64,000 bases of DNA, taken from NCBI GenBank assembly GCA_036013055.1, contig DASCQM010000011.1, forward strand, positions 1,132-65,131, given 5' to 3'. The notes beneath the pieces were generated by a model. It made no database searches. It was given only the letters and a program-made list of their open reading frames with translations, and was not told the origin of the DNA. The DNA is from Dehalococcoidia bacterium. Lineage in GTDB: Bacteria > Chloroflexota > Dehalococcoidia > UBA2979. The number at the start of each line of letters is the position of its first letter. Position 1 is the stretch's first letter. This document shows, piece after piece, positions 1 to 10,623 of this stretch. The position numbers were made by a program, and so were the translations under genes.

Positions 1-484
1 GCGCGGCCATGATGATCGCGGTCAGCACCAGCATCAGGCAGCCCGTCGCGCCCCGCTTGCGCAGCAGGCGGCTGCGTCCGGCCTTCGCAACGTCCGCGGG
101 ATCGGGCGTCCCGTCTGGCGCGTTGGGGCCGAAGACGCGGTCGATGTCCGGCTGCAGCAGGAAGTAGATCCAGTTGTGGATGCCCATGATCACGATCCAC
201 GCGCCGAACTTCACCAGTAGCTGCTCGTTCGACAGGATGTCGCCGAGTTCGAGTGAGGGATGCTCGATCACCAGCACGACGCCGAGGATCACCGCAGTCC
301 ACTGCACGAAGTAGCAGCGCCAGAGGATGCCTTTGACGATGCGTTCCATCAGCCGGTCCGCGTCGATGTGCGAGGGCCCCAGTTTGCCGCGCTCGCTGAC
401 GACCACGAGGTTGTAGTACGGCGCCGCCATCAGCACCACGGTGACGACGTGTAGCACGAGTATCAGATCGAATAACTGCGACAT
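1..484 (-). CDS. hypothetical integral membrane protein (3' end runs off the window)
   Basis: Reverse-strand ATG at 484-482. The frame stays open to nt 1 (no in-frame tca/cta/tta on the + strand) and third positions are G/C-rich. The product MSQLFDLILVLHVVTVVLMAAPYYNLVVV... is hydrophobic and multi-helical. It is not in the ORF track because no stop lies inside the window. No family recognised. Confidence 0.55.
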   Translation of the reverse strand, partial: MSQLFDLILVLHVVTVVLMAAPYYNLVVVSERGKLGPSHIDADRLMERIVKGILWRCYFVQWTAVILGVVLVIEHPSLELGDILSNEQLLVKFGAWIVIMGIHNWIYFLLQPDIDRVFGPNAPDGTPDPADVAKAGRSRLLRKRGATGCLMLVLTAIIMAA

Positions 485-505
485 CGTGGCGTTCCTGCCT
501 GTTCG

Positions 506-943
506 CTAGACCCCGAATAGCGCTAGCCCGCGCACGACGACGGTCTCGCCCCAGCTCATCAGCTCCCATTCGAGCGATGTCATCAGGTGCGAGGCGCCCG
601 CCATGAAGACGGCTGCAAGCACCAGCATCATCACGCCGCTGCCTGCGCGCAACCAGCGCTCAAGCGAGACGCGACGATGCAGCGTGAGGCCCTCGGGGAG
701 GCCTGTCACGACCAGCACGAACGGCAGCAGGTAGCCGAACGCGAGGATACCGAAGGCCGCAAAGACGACGCCCATCGATGCCGCACCGAGCACGGTGAGC
801 AGCGGCATCAGCAGCGTGAGCCCGACGATGCCGACGCAACTCGCGCAGCCGAGCGAGAGGCCGATGCCGAGGATGAACGAGCCGGCAGTGGACATGCCAT
901 CGCCCTGCTCCGCCTGCGCAAACCTGGTGGGATCAATTGGCAT
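506..943 (-). CDS. hypothetical integral membrane protein (about 4 TM helices)
   Basis: ORF 506..1078 trimmed to ATG 943, which has AAGGAGG (950-956, reverse strand) 6 nt upstream. The product is hydrophobic (GSFILGIGLSLGCASCVGIVGLTLLMPLL...). It ends 22 nt before the next minus-strand gene, so the two are probably co-transcribed. Confidence 0.6.
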   Translation of the reverse strand: MPIDPTRFAQAEQGDGMSTAGSFILGIGLSLGCASCVGIVGLTLLMPLLTVLGAASMGVVFAAFGILAFGYLLPFVLVVTGLPEGLTLHRRVSLERWLRAGSGVMMLVLAAVFMAGASHLMTSLEWELMSWGETVVVRGLALFGV

Positions 944-1136
944 CGAAGTCCTCCTTCCGAGTGCCGTTCGGTACAGGAAGCGGCCACCCGGCGATGTCGT
1001 GAAATCGCACCGCGAGGCAGCCCTCGGTAATGCCCATAAGGGGCGAGCGCTTCGCCCGGAGCGATCAGTCGATGTCATCGTGATTCCTCCACGAATGCAG
1101 CATCGTGCAAATCATCACGACCGCACGCTGGCGTTA

Positions 1137-1273
1137 GTCCCGGATTCATATGGACATTCGTGCAGACCGTCACAAGTAATTCTTGACGTTGGTCCTGCCG
1201 ACGTCGGGACATTCGTCCGGACCGCCAGAATCAAGGTCGGGCGCTAAGTCCCGGACACAGAGGGACGTTCGTC
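1137..1273. promoter_or_regulatory. cluster of GTCCC/GGGAC half-sites and GGGAC(A/G)TTCGT(C/G) words in the divergent promoter region (candidate Rrf2 operator set)
   Basis: TGGACATTCGTG 1151-1162, GGGACATTCGTC 1206-1217, GGGACGTTCGTC 1262-1273. TAGTCCCGGA 1135-1144 and AGTCCCGGA 1247-1255. GTCCC-N9-GGGAC inverted pair 1248-1266. -35-like TTGACG at 1183-1188. Confidence 0.4.
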
Positions 1274-1325
1274 GAGCGCCGCGATGAATGTTGAGTACTA
1301 CGCTTCAGGAGTTCTGAGAGGCGTC

Positions 1326-1892
1326 ATGGAGCACACGTTGACGCGCAAGGGTGACTACACGGTGCGAGCCGTGCTTTCTCTCGCCCGCCACCATGTTGGT
1401 GAGCGTCGGAAGGCGCGTCAGATCGCTTCCGAGATGGACGTGCCGCTCGCCTATCTGCGCCAGATTCTCGCCAACCTGGTGCAGTACGAAGTGCTGAGGT
1501 CGGTCGCCGGACCGGATGGCGGCTACGAGCTGTGCGAATCGCCCGACCAGATCACGTTGCTCAGAGTGATCGAACTTGCCGAGGGGCCGATCGAGGCGCG
1601 TGCCTGCGCCCTCTCGGGAGGGCCGTGCGACTGGGAGACGGTCTGCCCGCTGCACGAGACGTGGGCACGTGGCACGGAGCTACTGCGACAACATCTCGCA
1701 GGAACAACGTTCAGCGAGCTGGCGGAGGTCGACCGGTCGATCGAGACGGGTCATTACGAGTGGCCCTCAGACATCCCGCCTCACGCGGTCACGGTGATCC
1801 GCCGCGGTCTGCGCGATGAGGATCAGGGCGAACAGGGTCTGCTGGCCGACAGCCCCGACAGTGCGGCCGGCGCGGCGCCGTCCGTGGAGTAG
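1326..1892 (+). CDS. Rrf2/BadM-family transcriptional regulator with a Cys triad
   Basis: N-terminus MEHTLTRKGDYTVRAVLSLA... plus a winged-helix region (ASEMDVPLAYLRQILANLVQYEVLRS), typical of the Rrf2 family. CALSGGPCDWETVCPLH lies where Fe-S ligands sit in IscR/NsrR-type members. ATG 1326 is preferred; the ORF-track start 1284 is possible. Confidence 0.8.
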   Translation: MEHTLTRKGDYTVRAVLSLARHHVGERRKARQIASEMDVPLAYLRQILANLVQYEVLRSVAGPDGGYELCESPDQITLLRVIELAEGPIEARACALSGGPCDWETVCPLHETWARGTELLRQHLAGTTFSELAEVDRSIETGHYEWPSDIPPHAVTVIRRGLRDEDQGEQGLLADSPDSAAGAAPSVE

Positions 1893-1925
1893 GGGCCGCA
1901 GCGCGCGGCTGCGAAAGGAAACGGC

Positions 1926-2282
1926 ATGAAATCTGCGATTCTGCTCGTTGCGGTGGCGTTGACCGCCGCCGTGACCGCTGCCCTCTTCAGCGCCTGCAGC
2001 AGCGACGCCGACATCGAGGTCGGCAACGCCGCGGTGATGGCGCGATACGTGGAGGTCGGTGGCGCACTCGATGGCACGAGCGTCCGCTCCGCCGGGCCCT
2101 TCGATGAGGTGTTCTGGGCGCGCTGCGTGACCGACGAGAGCGCGACTTGTCTGCCGGTGCTGATCGTCGAGACGATCAACGGGAACGTCTTCGATATCCC
2201 GGTGACGCGAGAGTGCTTCGACGCGACTCGACCGGGCGTCCCATGGCCACCCTCCAGCGCGCTCTCACCCTGCAACGACTGA
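1926..2282 (+). CDS. small lipoprotein, function unknown
   Basis: MKSAILLVAVALTAAVTAALFSAC is a signal peptide ending in a lipobox Cys. No family recognised. Confidence 0.55.
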   Translation: MKSAILLVAVALTAAVTAALFSACSSDADIEVGNAAVMARYVEVGGALDGTSVRSAGPFDEVFWARCVTDESATCLPVLIVETINGNVFDIPVTRECFDATRPGVPWPPSSALSPCND

Positions 2283-2319
2283 CGGACCGCGCGTCGTCAG
2301 TGACGAGCGGCTGCCTGCC

Positions 2320-3864
2320 TCAGGGCCGCATGGGTCGCATGCGCATGCCGACCTGCGTGCGCAGTTCGATCTGGGCGCGCTGCACCCACTCGACGGTGAG
2401 CTGACGGGTCTCGCGCGGGTCGATCAGGTCGTGCAGCCCGAATGACTCGGCACGCAGGAACGGAGTGCGGTCCTTCTCGTGCTCCGCTTCGAGTTCGAGG
2501 CGACGTTGCTCGGGATCGGGCGCGGCTTCGATCTCGCGTCGATAGGCCGCCCAGACGCCGCCCTCGATCGGGATCGAGCCCCACTCGCCTGATGGCCACG
2601 CGTAGACGGGGCCGTTGCCGTTGTGGTGCGCGCCCTGAGCGACGCCGTAAGCGCGGCGCACGATGAAGTTCACCCACGGCACCGCGGCCTGATTGACGGC
2701 AGCGAGAGCGCGCACGCCCTTGCGCAGGGTGCCGGATCGTTCTGCGTCGACGCCGACCATGAAGCCCGGTTCGTCCTCGAAGCTGAGGATCGGCAGATGG
2801 AACGTGTCGCAGAGGTCGACGAAGCGGCTCAGCTTGTCGGCCGTATCGGCGTCCATCGCGCCGCCGTTGAAGTTCGGGTCGTTGCACATGACGCCGACGG
2901 GGTAGCCATCGACGCGCGCCAGCCCGGTCATCAGGGCTCGGCCGAAGTGGGGCGTGATCTGGAAGAAGGAGCCGTCGTCGACGATGGCGGTGATCAGTTG
3001 ATCGGGGCGGAACGTGCGACGTCGATCGCGGGGGATGATCGACAGCAGTTCCTCCGTACGCCCGTCCGGTGCGTCCGCCGGCTCGGCGCGTGGCGGCAAC
3101 TCCCAGACGTTCGGCGGCAGGTAGCCGAGGAACGCCGCGATCTGACGCAGGCAATCCGCCTCGTCCTCGGCGACGTTGTCGACGAGCCCGCTGAAGGCGT
3201 GCACGCGCCACCCGCCGAGCTCCTCCTTCGACGGCGCGTGCCCGATCGCGCGTTCGACGACCGGCGGACCACCCGCGAAGAGGAATGAGGCATCTCGCAC
3301 CATCACCGAGAAGTGGCTCGCGGCGACCCTCGCAGCCACGATGCCGGCGCAGGCACCCATCGCCCCGGCGACCACCGGCACGGTGCCCAGCAGGTCAGCG
3401 TGAGGCGAGACCGGGGATCCGGCGAGCGCGCGCCCGGCGTGGCGGCTGGTGTTCGTCTTCACGCTGCCGCCGGCACCCTCGTGCAGTCGCACCAGCGGCA
3501 CCTTCAACTGCCGCGCCTGGTGTTCGATGTAGTAGCCCTTGGCGCTGCCGCCGCCGTCCGACGCGCCGCCGCGGATCGTGGCGTCCTCGCCACCGATCAC
3601 GACCTCGCGACCATCGATGCGGCCCGTGCCGATCACCGAGTTGGAGGGCGTGATCTCGAGCAAGTTGCCGTCGTCATCGCGTTCGACACCGGCGCTGATC
3701 GGGCCGACCTCACGGAAGGTGCCGTCGTCGAGCATCGCGTCGATGCGCTCGCGCAGCGTCAGTTCGTCGCGGGAGTGCTTGCGCTCGATGGCCTCAGGGC
3801 CGCCCATCGCGGCGGCGATCTCGCGCCTGCGGTTGATCTCGTCGACTTCAGGTTGCCAGGTCAT
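2320..3864 (-). CDS. acyl-CoA carboxylase carboxyltransferase (beta) subunit family protein
   Basis: 514 aa with the two-lobed carboxyltransferase pattern (DDGTFREVG, GRIDGREVVIGGEDATIRGGA, VPLVRLHEGAGG, NFNGGAMD, AYGVAQGA), as in propionyl-/methylmalonyl-CoA carboxyltransferases. Confidence 0.85.
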   Translation of the reverse strand: MTWQPEVDEINRRREIAAAMGGPEAIERKHSRDELTLRERIDAMLDDGTFREVGPISAGVERDDDGNLLEITPSNSVIGTGRIDGREVVIGGEDATIRGGASDGGGSAKGYYIEHQARQLKVPLVRLHEGAGGSVKTNTSRHAGRALAGSPVSPHADLLGTVPVVAGAMGACAGIVAARVAASHFSVMVRDASFLFAGGPPVVERAIGHAPSKEELGGWRVHAFSGLVDNVAEDEADCLRQIAAFLGYLPPNVWELPPRAEPADAPDGRTEELLSIIPRDRRRTFRPDQLITAIVDDGSFFQITPHFGRALMTGLARVDGYPVGVMCNDPNFNGGAMDADTADKLSRFVDLCDTFHLPILSFEDEPGFMVGVDAERSGTLRKGVRALAAVNQAAVPWVNFIVRRAYGVAQGAHHNGNGPVYAWPSGEWGSIPIEGGVWAAYRREIEAAPDPEQRRLELEAEHEKDRTPFLRAESFGLHDLIDPRETRQLTVEWVQRAQIELRTQVGMRMRPMRP

Positions 3865-3897
3865 AGCTCCTCCTTCACGCGCGGCTGCGCGGGACGG

Positions 3898-5124
3898 TCA
3901 TTCAAGGGCACCGGCCGCGGCGTATTCCGCGACCTCGTCAGCGCTCAGGCCGAGTATCTCAGTCAGCACCTCGTACGTGTGCTCGCCGATCAGCGGTCCG
4001 AGGCGCACGTCCGCGGGGTTGCGACGCGCCTGGATCGGGCTGCCGTGTACGAGGAAGTCGCGGCCCGAGGGGTGCGGAAGGCGGTGATAGTAGCGATCGC
4101 TCAACGTCGGGTCGTCGCGCACGAGTTCGCCGAGGGTCTGGTACGGCCCGGCGGGGATACCGCGCTGCTGGAGCGCTTCCGCCAACGGCTGCGGCTCCCA
4201 GCCGACGGTCCACGCGTCGAGCAGCGCATCGATCGCCTCCTCGTTGCTACGGCGGCCCTCGACGGTGGCGAAGTCGTCGTCCGCGAGCGCGGAGATGCCG
4301 GCGAAGTCGACGAGCGCGGCCCACTGCTCGTCTGACTCGACCGCGATCGCGCACCACGAGTCATCGCCCTCGCAGTGGTAGAAGTTGTGCGGCGCGGCCA
4401 CGTCGTCGCGGTTGCCCTTCGGCTGTGGAGCCTCGCCAGTGAGGCTGTGCTCGAGCAGGGTCGTGCCGAGCAGGCTGACCGTCGATTCGTACTGGCTGAC
4501 CTCGATGAACTGCCCTTCGCCGGTGCGGTCGCGGTGCATCAGGGCCGCCATGATCGCGATCGCGGCGTGGAAGGGATTCGATGCGAAGTCGCCGTAGTTG
4601 TGCCCCCACGGCACCGGCGCCTCGCCGGGGTGGCCGCTGACCGACTTCAACCCCGCGATGCCTGCGAACATGTCGCCGAATCCGCGCCAGGCGAGGCGCG
4701 GCCCGCTGCTCTCCATCGTCGGAATGTTCACGACAATGATGCCGCGGTTCAGCTCGCGCACGACGTCGTAGCCGATGCCCCAGCGCTCAAGCTGGTCACC
4801 CGCGAGGTTGCAGATCACGACGTCGGACGCCACGACGAGCTTCAGCAGTAGCTCGCGGCCGCCGTCTGACTGCAGGTTGAGCGTAACCGACGACTTCCCG
4901 GCGTTCGCGTCCTGGAAGTAGCCGCCGGTGTCCGGGTTGCTGTTCGCGTCGCCCGGCAGCTCGCCGTAGAGCGGCGTGCGGTTGCCGCGCCCGACGTCCA
5001 TGCGACGGCGCGACTCGACCTTGACTACCTCCGCGCCGAAGTCGGCGAGCAGGCGACCCGCCAGTGGGCCGGCGATGATCCACGAAAGGTCGACGATGCG
5101 GATGCCGGAGAGCATGCCGGCCAT
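3898..5124 (-). CDS. family III CoA-transferase (CaiB/BaiF type)
   Basis: N-terminal GIRIVDLSWIIAGPLAGRLLADFGAEVVKVE signature of the CaiB/BaiF/Frc family. 408 aa. Start ATG overlaps the stop of the upstream gene (ATGA at 5124). Confidence 0.85.
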   Translation of the reverse strand: MAGMLSGIRIVDLSWIIAGPLAGRLLADFGAEVVKVESRRRMDVGRGNRTPLYGELPGDANSNPDTGGYFQDANAGKSSVTLNLQSDGGRELLLKLVVASDVVICNLAGDQLERWGIGYDVVRELNRGIIVVNIPTMESSGPRLAWRGFGDMFAGIAGLKSVSGHPGEAPVPWGHNYGDFASNPFHAAIAIMAALMHRDRTGEGQFIEVSQYESTVSLLGTTLLEHSLTGEAPQPKGNRDDVAAPHNFYHCEGDDSWCAIAVESDEQWAALVDFAGISALADDDFATVEGRRSNEEAIDALLDAWTVGWEPQPLAEALQQRGIPAGPYQTLGELVRDDPTLSDRYYHRLPHPSGRDFLVHGSPIQARRNPADVRLGPLIGEHTYEVLTEILGLSADEVAEYAAAGALE

Positions 5125-6356
5125 CAGACGGCCCCCTGCCCGCGCAGTGCCGCGATCTGCGCCTCGGTCAGCCCAAGGCTGCCGTAGACATCGCTGTTGT
5201 GCTCGCCGAGCAGCGGCGGGCGCGCGGCTGCGACGTAGGGCGTCTCGCTGAACCGGACCGGCGCTCCGCTGTCGAGCAGCGGTGACGGCAGGCCCGGCGC
5301 TTCGACCTCGACGAAGGTGCCGCGCGATTGCAGGAACGGGTCGGCCACCAGGTCGGCCGCGTCATGCACCGGCAGCCCGATCATCGCGAAGCGCTGGATC
5401 AGCTCGACGACCTCGGCGCGGCTTCGTGTCGCGGCGAAGCGAATCATCGCCGCATCAGCGTCGGCGTGCGCGATGAACTGCGCATCGCCGAGTTCCGCGC
5501 GCAGGTCGCGCAGCCCGGCGCTCTCGCCGACGGAGTCGAGCAGCGCGAGCGCCTCGTCGACCTTGCGCCAGGCGGCAAGCAGGAAGTAGCCGTCCGCGGC
5601 TTCGTAGAGCCCGACAGGTAGACCGTCGGTGCGCGGCAGGCGCCGGCGGTCGAACCCGAACTGGTCGTGGATCGAGGCGTTCCACATCTGGAAGGAGACC
5701 AGCGCCGCGACCCGCTGCATCGCGATGTCGATCACCTCGCCGCCGCCGCCGTGCTGCGCCCCGTAGAGCGCGATCAGCGCGCCGAGCGCCGCCGCGAGCC
5801 CGCTCATCTCCGAGGCCTGCTCCGGGCCGAAGCGAGCCGGGCGCTCCTCGGCGTATCCGAAGATGCCGAGCATCCCACTCATCGCCTGCGCGATCAGGTC
5901 GCCGCCCTGCCAGTACACGCGCGGGCCGTCGAGCCCGAACGGCGTCACCGAGACGACGACGAGCGGACGCGGTCCTGCTGCCAACGCATCGAGGTCTACG
6001 CCCCACGACTGTAGCTCGCCGTTGTCGAAGACGACGTCGACGGTATCGAGCAGCCGTCGCAGCAGATCGAGGCCGCCGGGCGCGGTCGGGTCGAGCGTGA
6101 TGCCCTGCATCCCGGTGTGGTAGTGGAGGAAGTACAGCGAGGGCGCGCCCTCCTCGCTGGTCGGGACGCTCGGTGCAGGGTGCTGTGCGGAGGGCGGCGG
6201 CCGGTGGCGCTGGAGTGAGCCCCCGGGGCGTTCGAGGCGGATCACTTCAGCGCCGAGCCCCCTCAGCAGTCGCGGGCCGTAGGCGCCGGGGCCATCGACC
6301 AGCGTGAGCGCGCGCACGCCATCGAGGGCGCCGGGGGAGAGCGAGGGTACGACCAT
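5124..6356 (-). CDS. family III CoA-transferase (CaiB/BaiF type), divergent paralogue
   Basis: VRALTLVDGPGAYGPRLLRGLGAEVIRLERPGG N-terminal motif. 410 aa. First gene of a three-gene minus-strand operon. Confidence 0.75.
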   Translation of the reverse strand: MVVPSLSPGALDGVRALTLVDGPGAYGPRLLRGLGAEVIRLERPGGSLQRHRPPPSAQHPAPSVPTSEEGAPSLYFLHYHTGMQGITLDPTAPGGLDLLRRLLDTVDVVFDNGELQSWGVDLDALAAGPRPLVVVSVTPFGLDGPRVYWQGGDLIAQAMSGMLGIFGYAEERPARFGPEQASEMSGLAAALGALIALYGAQHGGGGEVIDIAMQRVAALVSFQMWNASIHDQFGFDRRRLPRTDGLPVGLYEAADGYFLLAAWRKVDEALALLDSVGESAGLRDLRAELGDAQFIAHADADAAMIRFAATRSRAEVVELIQRFAMIGLPVHDAADLVADPFLQSRGTFVEVEAPGLPSPLLDSGAPVRFSETPYVAAARPPLLGEHNSDVYGSLGLTEAQIAALRGQGAV

Positions 6357-6457
6357 CAGGCGCGGATGATAGCGCGTCCGTCGAAGCGCCTGCTTACCGG
6401 GCGGTGGTGCGTGCAGCGCCGCTCACGGCCGGGCGAACCATGACACCCGGAGATACA

Positions 6458-6488
6458 GAGAGCCCCCGGCGTGACGCCGGGGGCTCTC
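6458..6488 (-). terminator. perfect 14-bp-stem hairpin downstream of the cupredoxin gene
   Basis: GAGAGCCCCCGGCG-TGA-CGCCGGGGGCTCTC, 38 nt past the stop at 6526. Only a weak T-run follows. Confidence 0.6.
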
Positions 6489-6495
6489 CAGTTGT

Positions 6496-6512
6496 GTGCC
6501 CGAGGTGGGCAC
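6496..6512 (-). terminator. second small hairpin directly after the cupredoxin stop
   Basis: GTGCCC-GAGGT-GGGCAC, 6-bp stem. Confidence 0.35.
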
Positions 6513-6525
6513 TCTGGTCGCGCCG

Positions 6526-7026
6526 TTACTCGACGGTGAAGCCCACGCGCATCCCGAGACCGTAGTGCGCGGGAATGTTGCAGATCAGCACGTAGCTGCC
6601 CGCCTCCAGCGAAATCGTCAGGTCCTCGGAACCGCCGCCATCGAGCGTTGCGGTGCGCCCGAGCACGTCGAGCACGGTCTCGTCGGCTGCGCCAACGGCG
6701 ACCGGCAGCGCGTCGGCACCAAGATCGCTCTTCACGACCACGAGCTCGTGCGGCGTCGCGCCGTCATTCGTCACGCTGAACGTGACCTCGCCGGACTGCC
6801 CCGTTGGAACATCGGAAGCGACACCCCACTCGGTGAGTGAGACGGCGATCCCGGCGGCGTCGGCAGCCGGTGCGGTCGTCGCTGCCGGAGCAGCCGCGGT
6901 CGTGGTTGCTGCCGACGACGCGGACGATGATGAATCGTCGTCGCTGTCGCTGCTGCACCCGATCGCCAGCGCCGCGATCAGCGAGAGCGAGACCCCCGCG
7001 ACCCACCGGCTCTTGATTGAAATCAT
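6526..7026 (-). CDS. lipid-anchored type-1 (blue) copper protein, auracyanin/azurin-like cupredoxin
   Basis: ATG 7026 is preceded by AAGGAGA. MISIKSRWVAGVSLSLIAALAIGC is a signal peptide with lipobox, followed by a Ser/Asp/Ala/Thr-rich linker and a cupredoxin domain. Ligand pattern: His (ATPHELVVV) ... C-x4-H-x4-M (LICNIPAHYGLGM). Confidence 0.8.
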   Translation of the reverse strand: MISIKSRWVAGVSLSLIAALAIGCSSDSDDDSSSSASSAATTTAAAPAATTAPAADAAGIAVSLTEWGVASDVPTGQSGEVTFSVTNDGATPHELVVVKSDLGADALPVAVGAADETVLDVLGRTATLDGGGSEDLTISLEAGSYVLICNIPAHYGLGMRVGFTVE

Positions 7027-7113
7027 CCGTCGACTCTCCTTAGACCTGCCGTCCACCTTCTTGCGTTATTGGCACGAATGGTCGCCGATCGCGGGCTTGT
7101 GACCCACCGCACA

Positions 7114-7166
7114 TAGTCCCGATGTCCATATGACTAAAGTCATAGCGCCTTCGTGACGAATGTCCC
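7114..7166. promoter_or_regulatory. candidate operator region between the cupredoxin gene and the cox operon
   Basis: TAGTCCCGA 7114-7122; inverted repeat TATGACT-AA-AGTCATA 7129-7144; GACGAATGTCCC 7155-7166, the reverse complement of the GGGACATTCGTC word at 1206-1217; another AGTCCC at 7193-7198. Confidence 0.4.
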
Positions 7167-7203
7167 TAGTGACCCCGGCCGAATTCCACGAAAGTCCCTG
7201 ACT

Positions 7204-7958
7204 ATGAAACGTGATCTGATTGTTCTTGCCGTGATTTGGGTGGTCGTAAGTGCGATCGCCGCAGCAGTGACGTACTACGTCCTGGACCCCTTCCCAACCG
7301 CCGGCGCAGAAGAGGCGAGGATCATCGACGACGCCTTTATGACGCTGACGTACATGGCGGTGCCGGTCTTCGGTCTCGTCGTCGCCGGCGTGGCATACAG
7401 CGTCATCCGCTTCCGCTCGCCGGGCCAGCCGACCGAGGATGGCCCTCCGATGTTCGGGCGCGGCGCGGTTCCGCTCGCGTGGTTGATCGTCACCTCGACG
7501 CTGGCGGTCGCAGTCATGATCCACCCGGGGCTAACCGGCCTCTTCGAATTGCGAGCCGACCGTCACGCCGACCTCGAGGTCAACGTGACCGGCTTCCGCT
7601 GGGCCTGGGCGATCGAGTACCCGGAGAGCGGCGTGCGCGTGAATTCGCCCGTCGACGAGATGGTGCTGCCCATCGATACGCGCATCCAGTTCAACATCAC
7701 CGCCATCGAGGGTGACGTCTTGCACGCCTTCTGGGTGCCGGCGTTCCGCGTGAAGATGGATGCGGTACCGGGCCAGATCACGGAGATGTTCGTCACGCCG
7801 AACCGGCTTGGTGATGCGAGTGACGTGGCGTTCCGCCTCCAGTGCACTGAACTCTGCGGACTCTTCCATGCCGGGATGTCTATGGACGTTCGGGTCGTGG
7901 AGCAGGACGAGTTTGAACGCTGGCTCGAATCTCAGGGCGCGACCGCGTCGAAGGTGAA

Positions 7959-7962
<4 letters not shown>
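7204..7962 (+). CDS. coxB: cytochrome c oxidase subunit II (CuA), no fused cytochrome c domain
   Basis: Two N-terminal TM helices and a cupredoxin domain with the CuA motif H(AFWVP)...QCTELCGLFHAGM. No CxxCH motif anywhere. ATG 7204 chosen within ORF 7153..7962. Confidence 0.9.
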
Positions 7963-9812
<1,850 letters not shown>

Positions 9813-9832
9813 GCCGGGACGAGGAGGAGATC

Positions 9833-10054
9833 GTGGAACGAGACAACCCCGAGGCGACGGCTCAGAACAACGGGCTGTTGGTGATCGCACTGCTGGCACT
9901 GCTGACGCTCGTCGAATTCCTTGTCTTCGCGGCAATCGACATGACGTCGGCGGTGATCCTGATGCTGGCTCCGATCGCGCTCGCGAAGGCGTGGCTGATC
10001 GTCACCTTCTTCATGCACATGCCCCGACTCTGGAACTCGGAGGACCACTCCTGA
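9833..10054 (+). CDS. cytochrome c oxidase subunit IV family protein (small prokaryotic type)
   Basis: 73 aa, two TM helices, LAKAWLIVTFFMHM motif typical of the bacterial subunit IV family. Its stop overlaps the next start (TGATG). Confidence 0.7.
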   Translation: MERDNPEATAQNNGLLVIALLALLTLVEFLVFAAIDMTSAVILMLAPIALAKAWLIVTFFMHMPRLWNSEDHS

Positions 10055-10623
10055 TGGCCGCTGAAAGCGCCGCTCCGGCGCACACGGAGTCGCCGGCGAC
10101 ACGCCTGCGCATGAACCAGCTCGGGCTATGGCTGTTCTTCATCTCGGACGGCCTGCTCTTCGCGCTGCTGGCGACCGCTCGCTTCTACCTCGTTGGTACC
10201 GAGACGCCCGACGAGTTGAGCCAGACGCTCGGTCTCGGCATCACGGCGATCCTGCTGCTGAGCAGCCTCACCGCGTTCCGCGCGGAGACCGCGATCGCGC
10301 ACGGCAACGTCGCGCACGCCAAGTTGATGCTGCTGCTGACGATCGTGCTCGGCACCATCTTCATGGGCGGCGTGGTCTACGAGTGGTCGATCGCGCACTT
10401 CCATGTGTACGAGGGTTACGGCACGGCGTTCTTCTCGATGACCGGCATGCACGCGACGCACGTTGCATCAGGCATCCTGCTGCTCGGCCTCGTCTACCGG
10501 CTGGCGAGTCAGGGGCGCTTCACGGCGCAGAACCACTGGGCGATCGCCGCGGTGGTGATGTACTGGCACTTCGTCGACGTGGTGTGGGTCTTCTTCTACC
10601 CGGTGCTCTACCTCATCAACTAG
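10054..10623 (+). CDS. coxC: cytochrome c oxidase subunit III
   Basis: Internal ATG 10054 of ORF 9742..10623. Product MAAESAAPAHTESPATRLRMNQLGLWLFFISDGLLFA...HATHVASGILLL...YWHFVDVVWVFFYPVLYL matches subunit III. Confidence 0.88.
   Translation: MAAESAAPAHTESPATRLRMNQLGLWLFFISDGLLFALLATARFYLVGTETPDELSQTLGLGITAILLLSSLTAFRAETAIAHGNVAHAKLMLLLTIVLGTIFMGGVVYEWSIAHFHVYEGYGTAFFSMTGMHATHVASGILLLGLVYRLASQGRFTAQNHWAIAAVVMYWHFVDVVWVFFYPVLYLIN

Noticed and set aside
2297-3211. Long Arg/Pro/Ala-rich ORFs antisense to, or out of frame with, clear genes. Examples: 2297..3211(-), 3313..4335(+), 13046..14008(-), 17171..18394(-), 18779..19861(-), 21221..22291(+), 37215..38810(-), 46275..47372(-), and the upstream part of 56007..57266(-).
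   Set aside because: These are typical shadow ORFs of a high-GC genome. Their composition is dominated by R/A/P/G, they have no recognisable motifs, and each overlaps a frame with clear family signatures and higher third-position GC.
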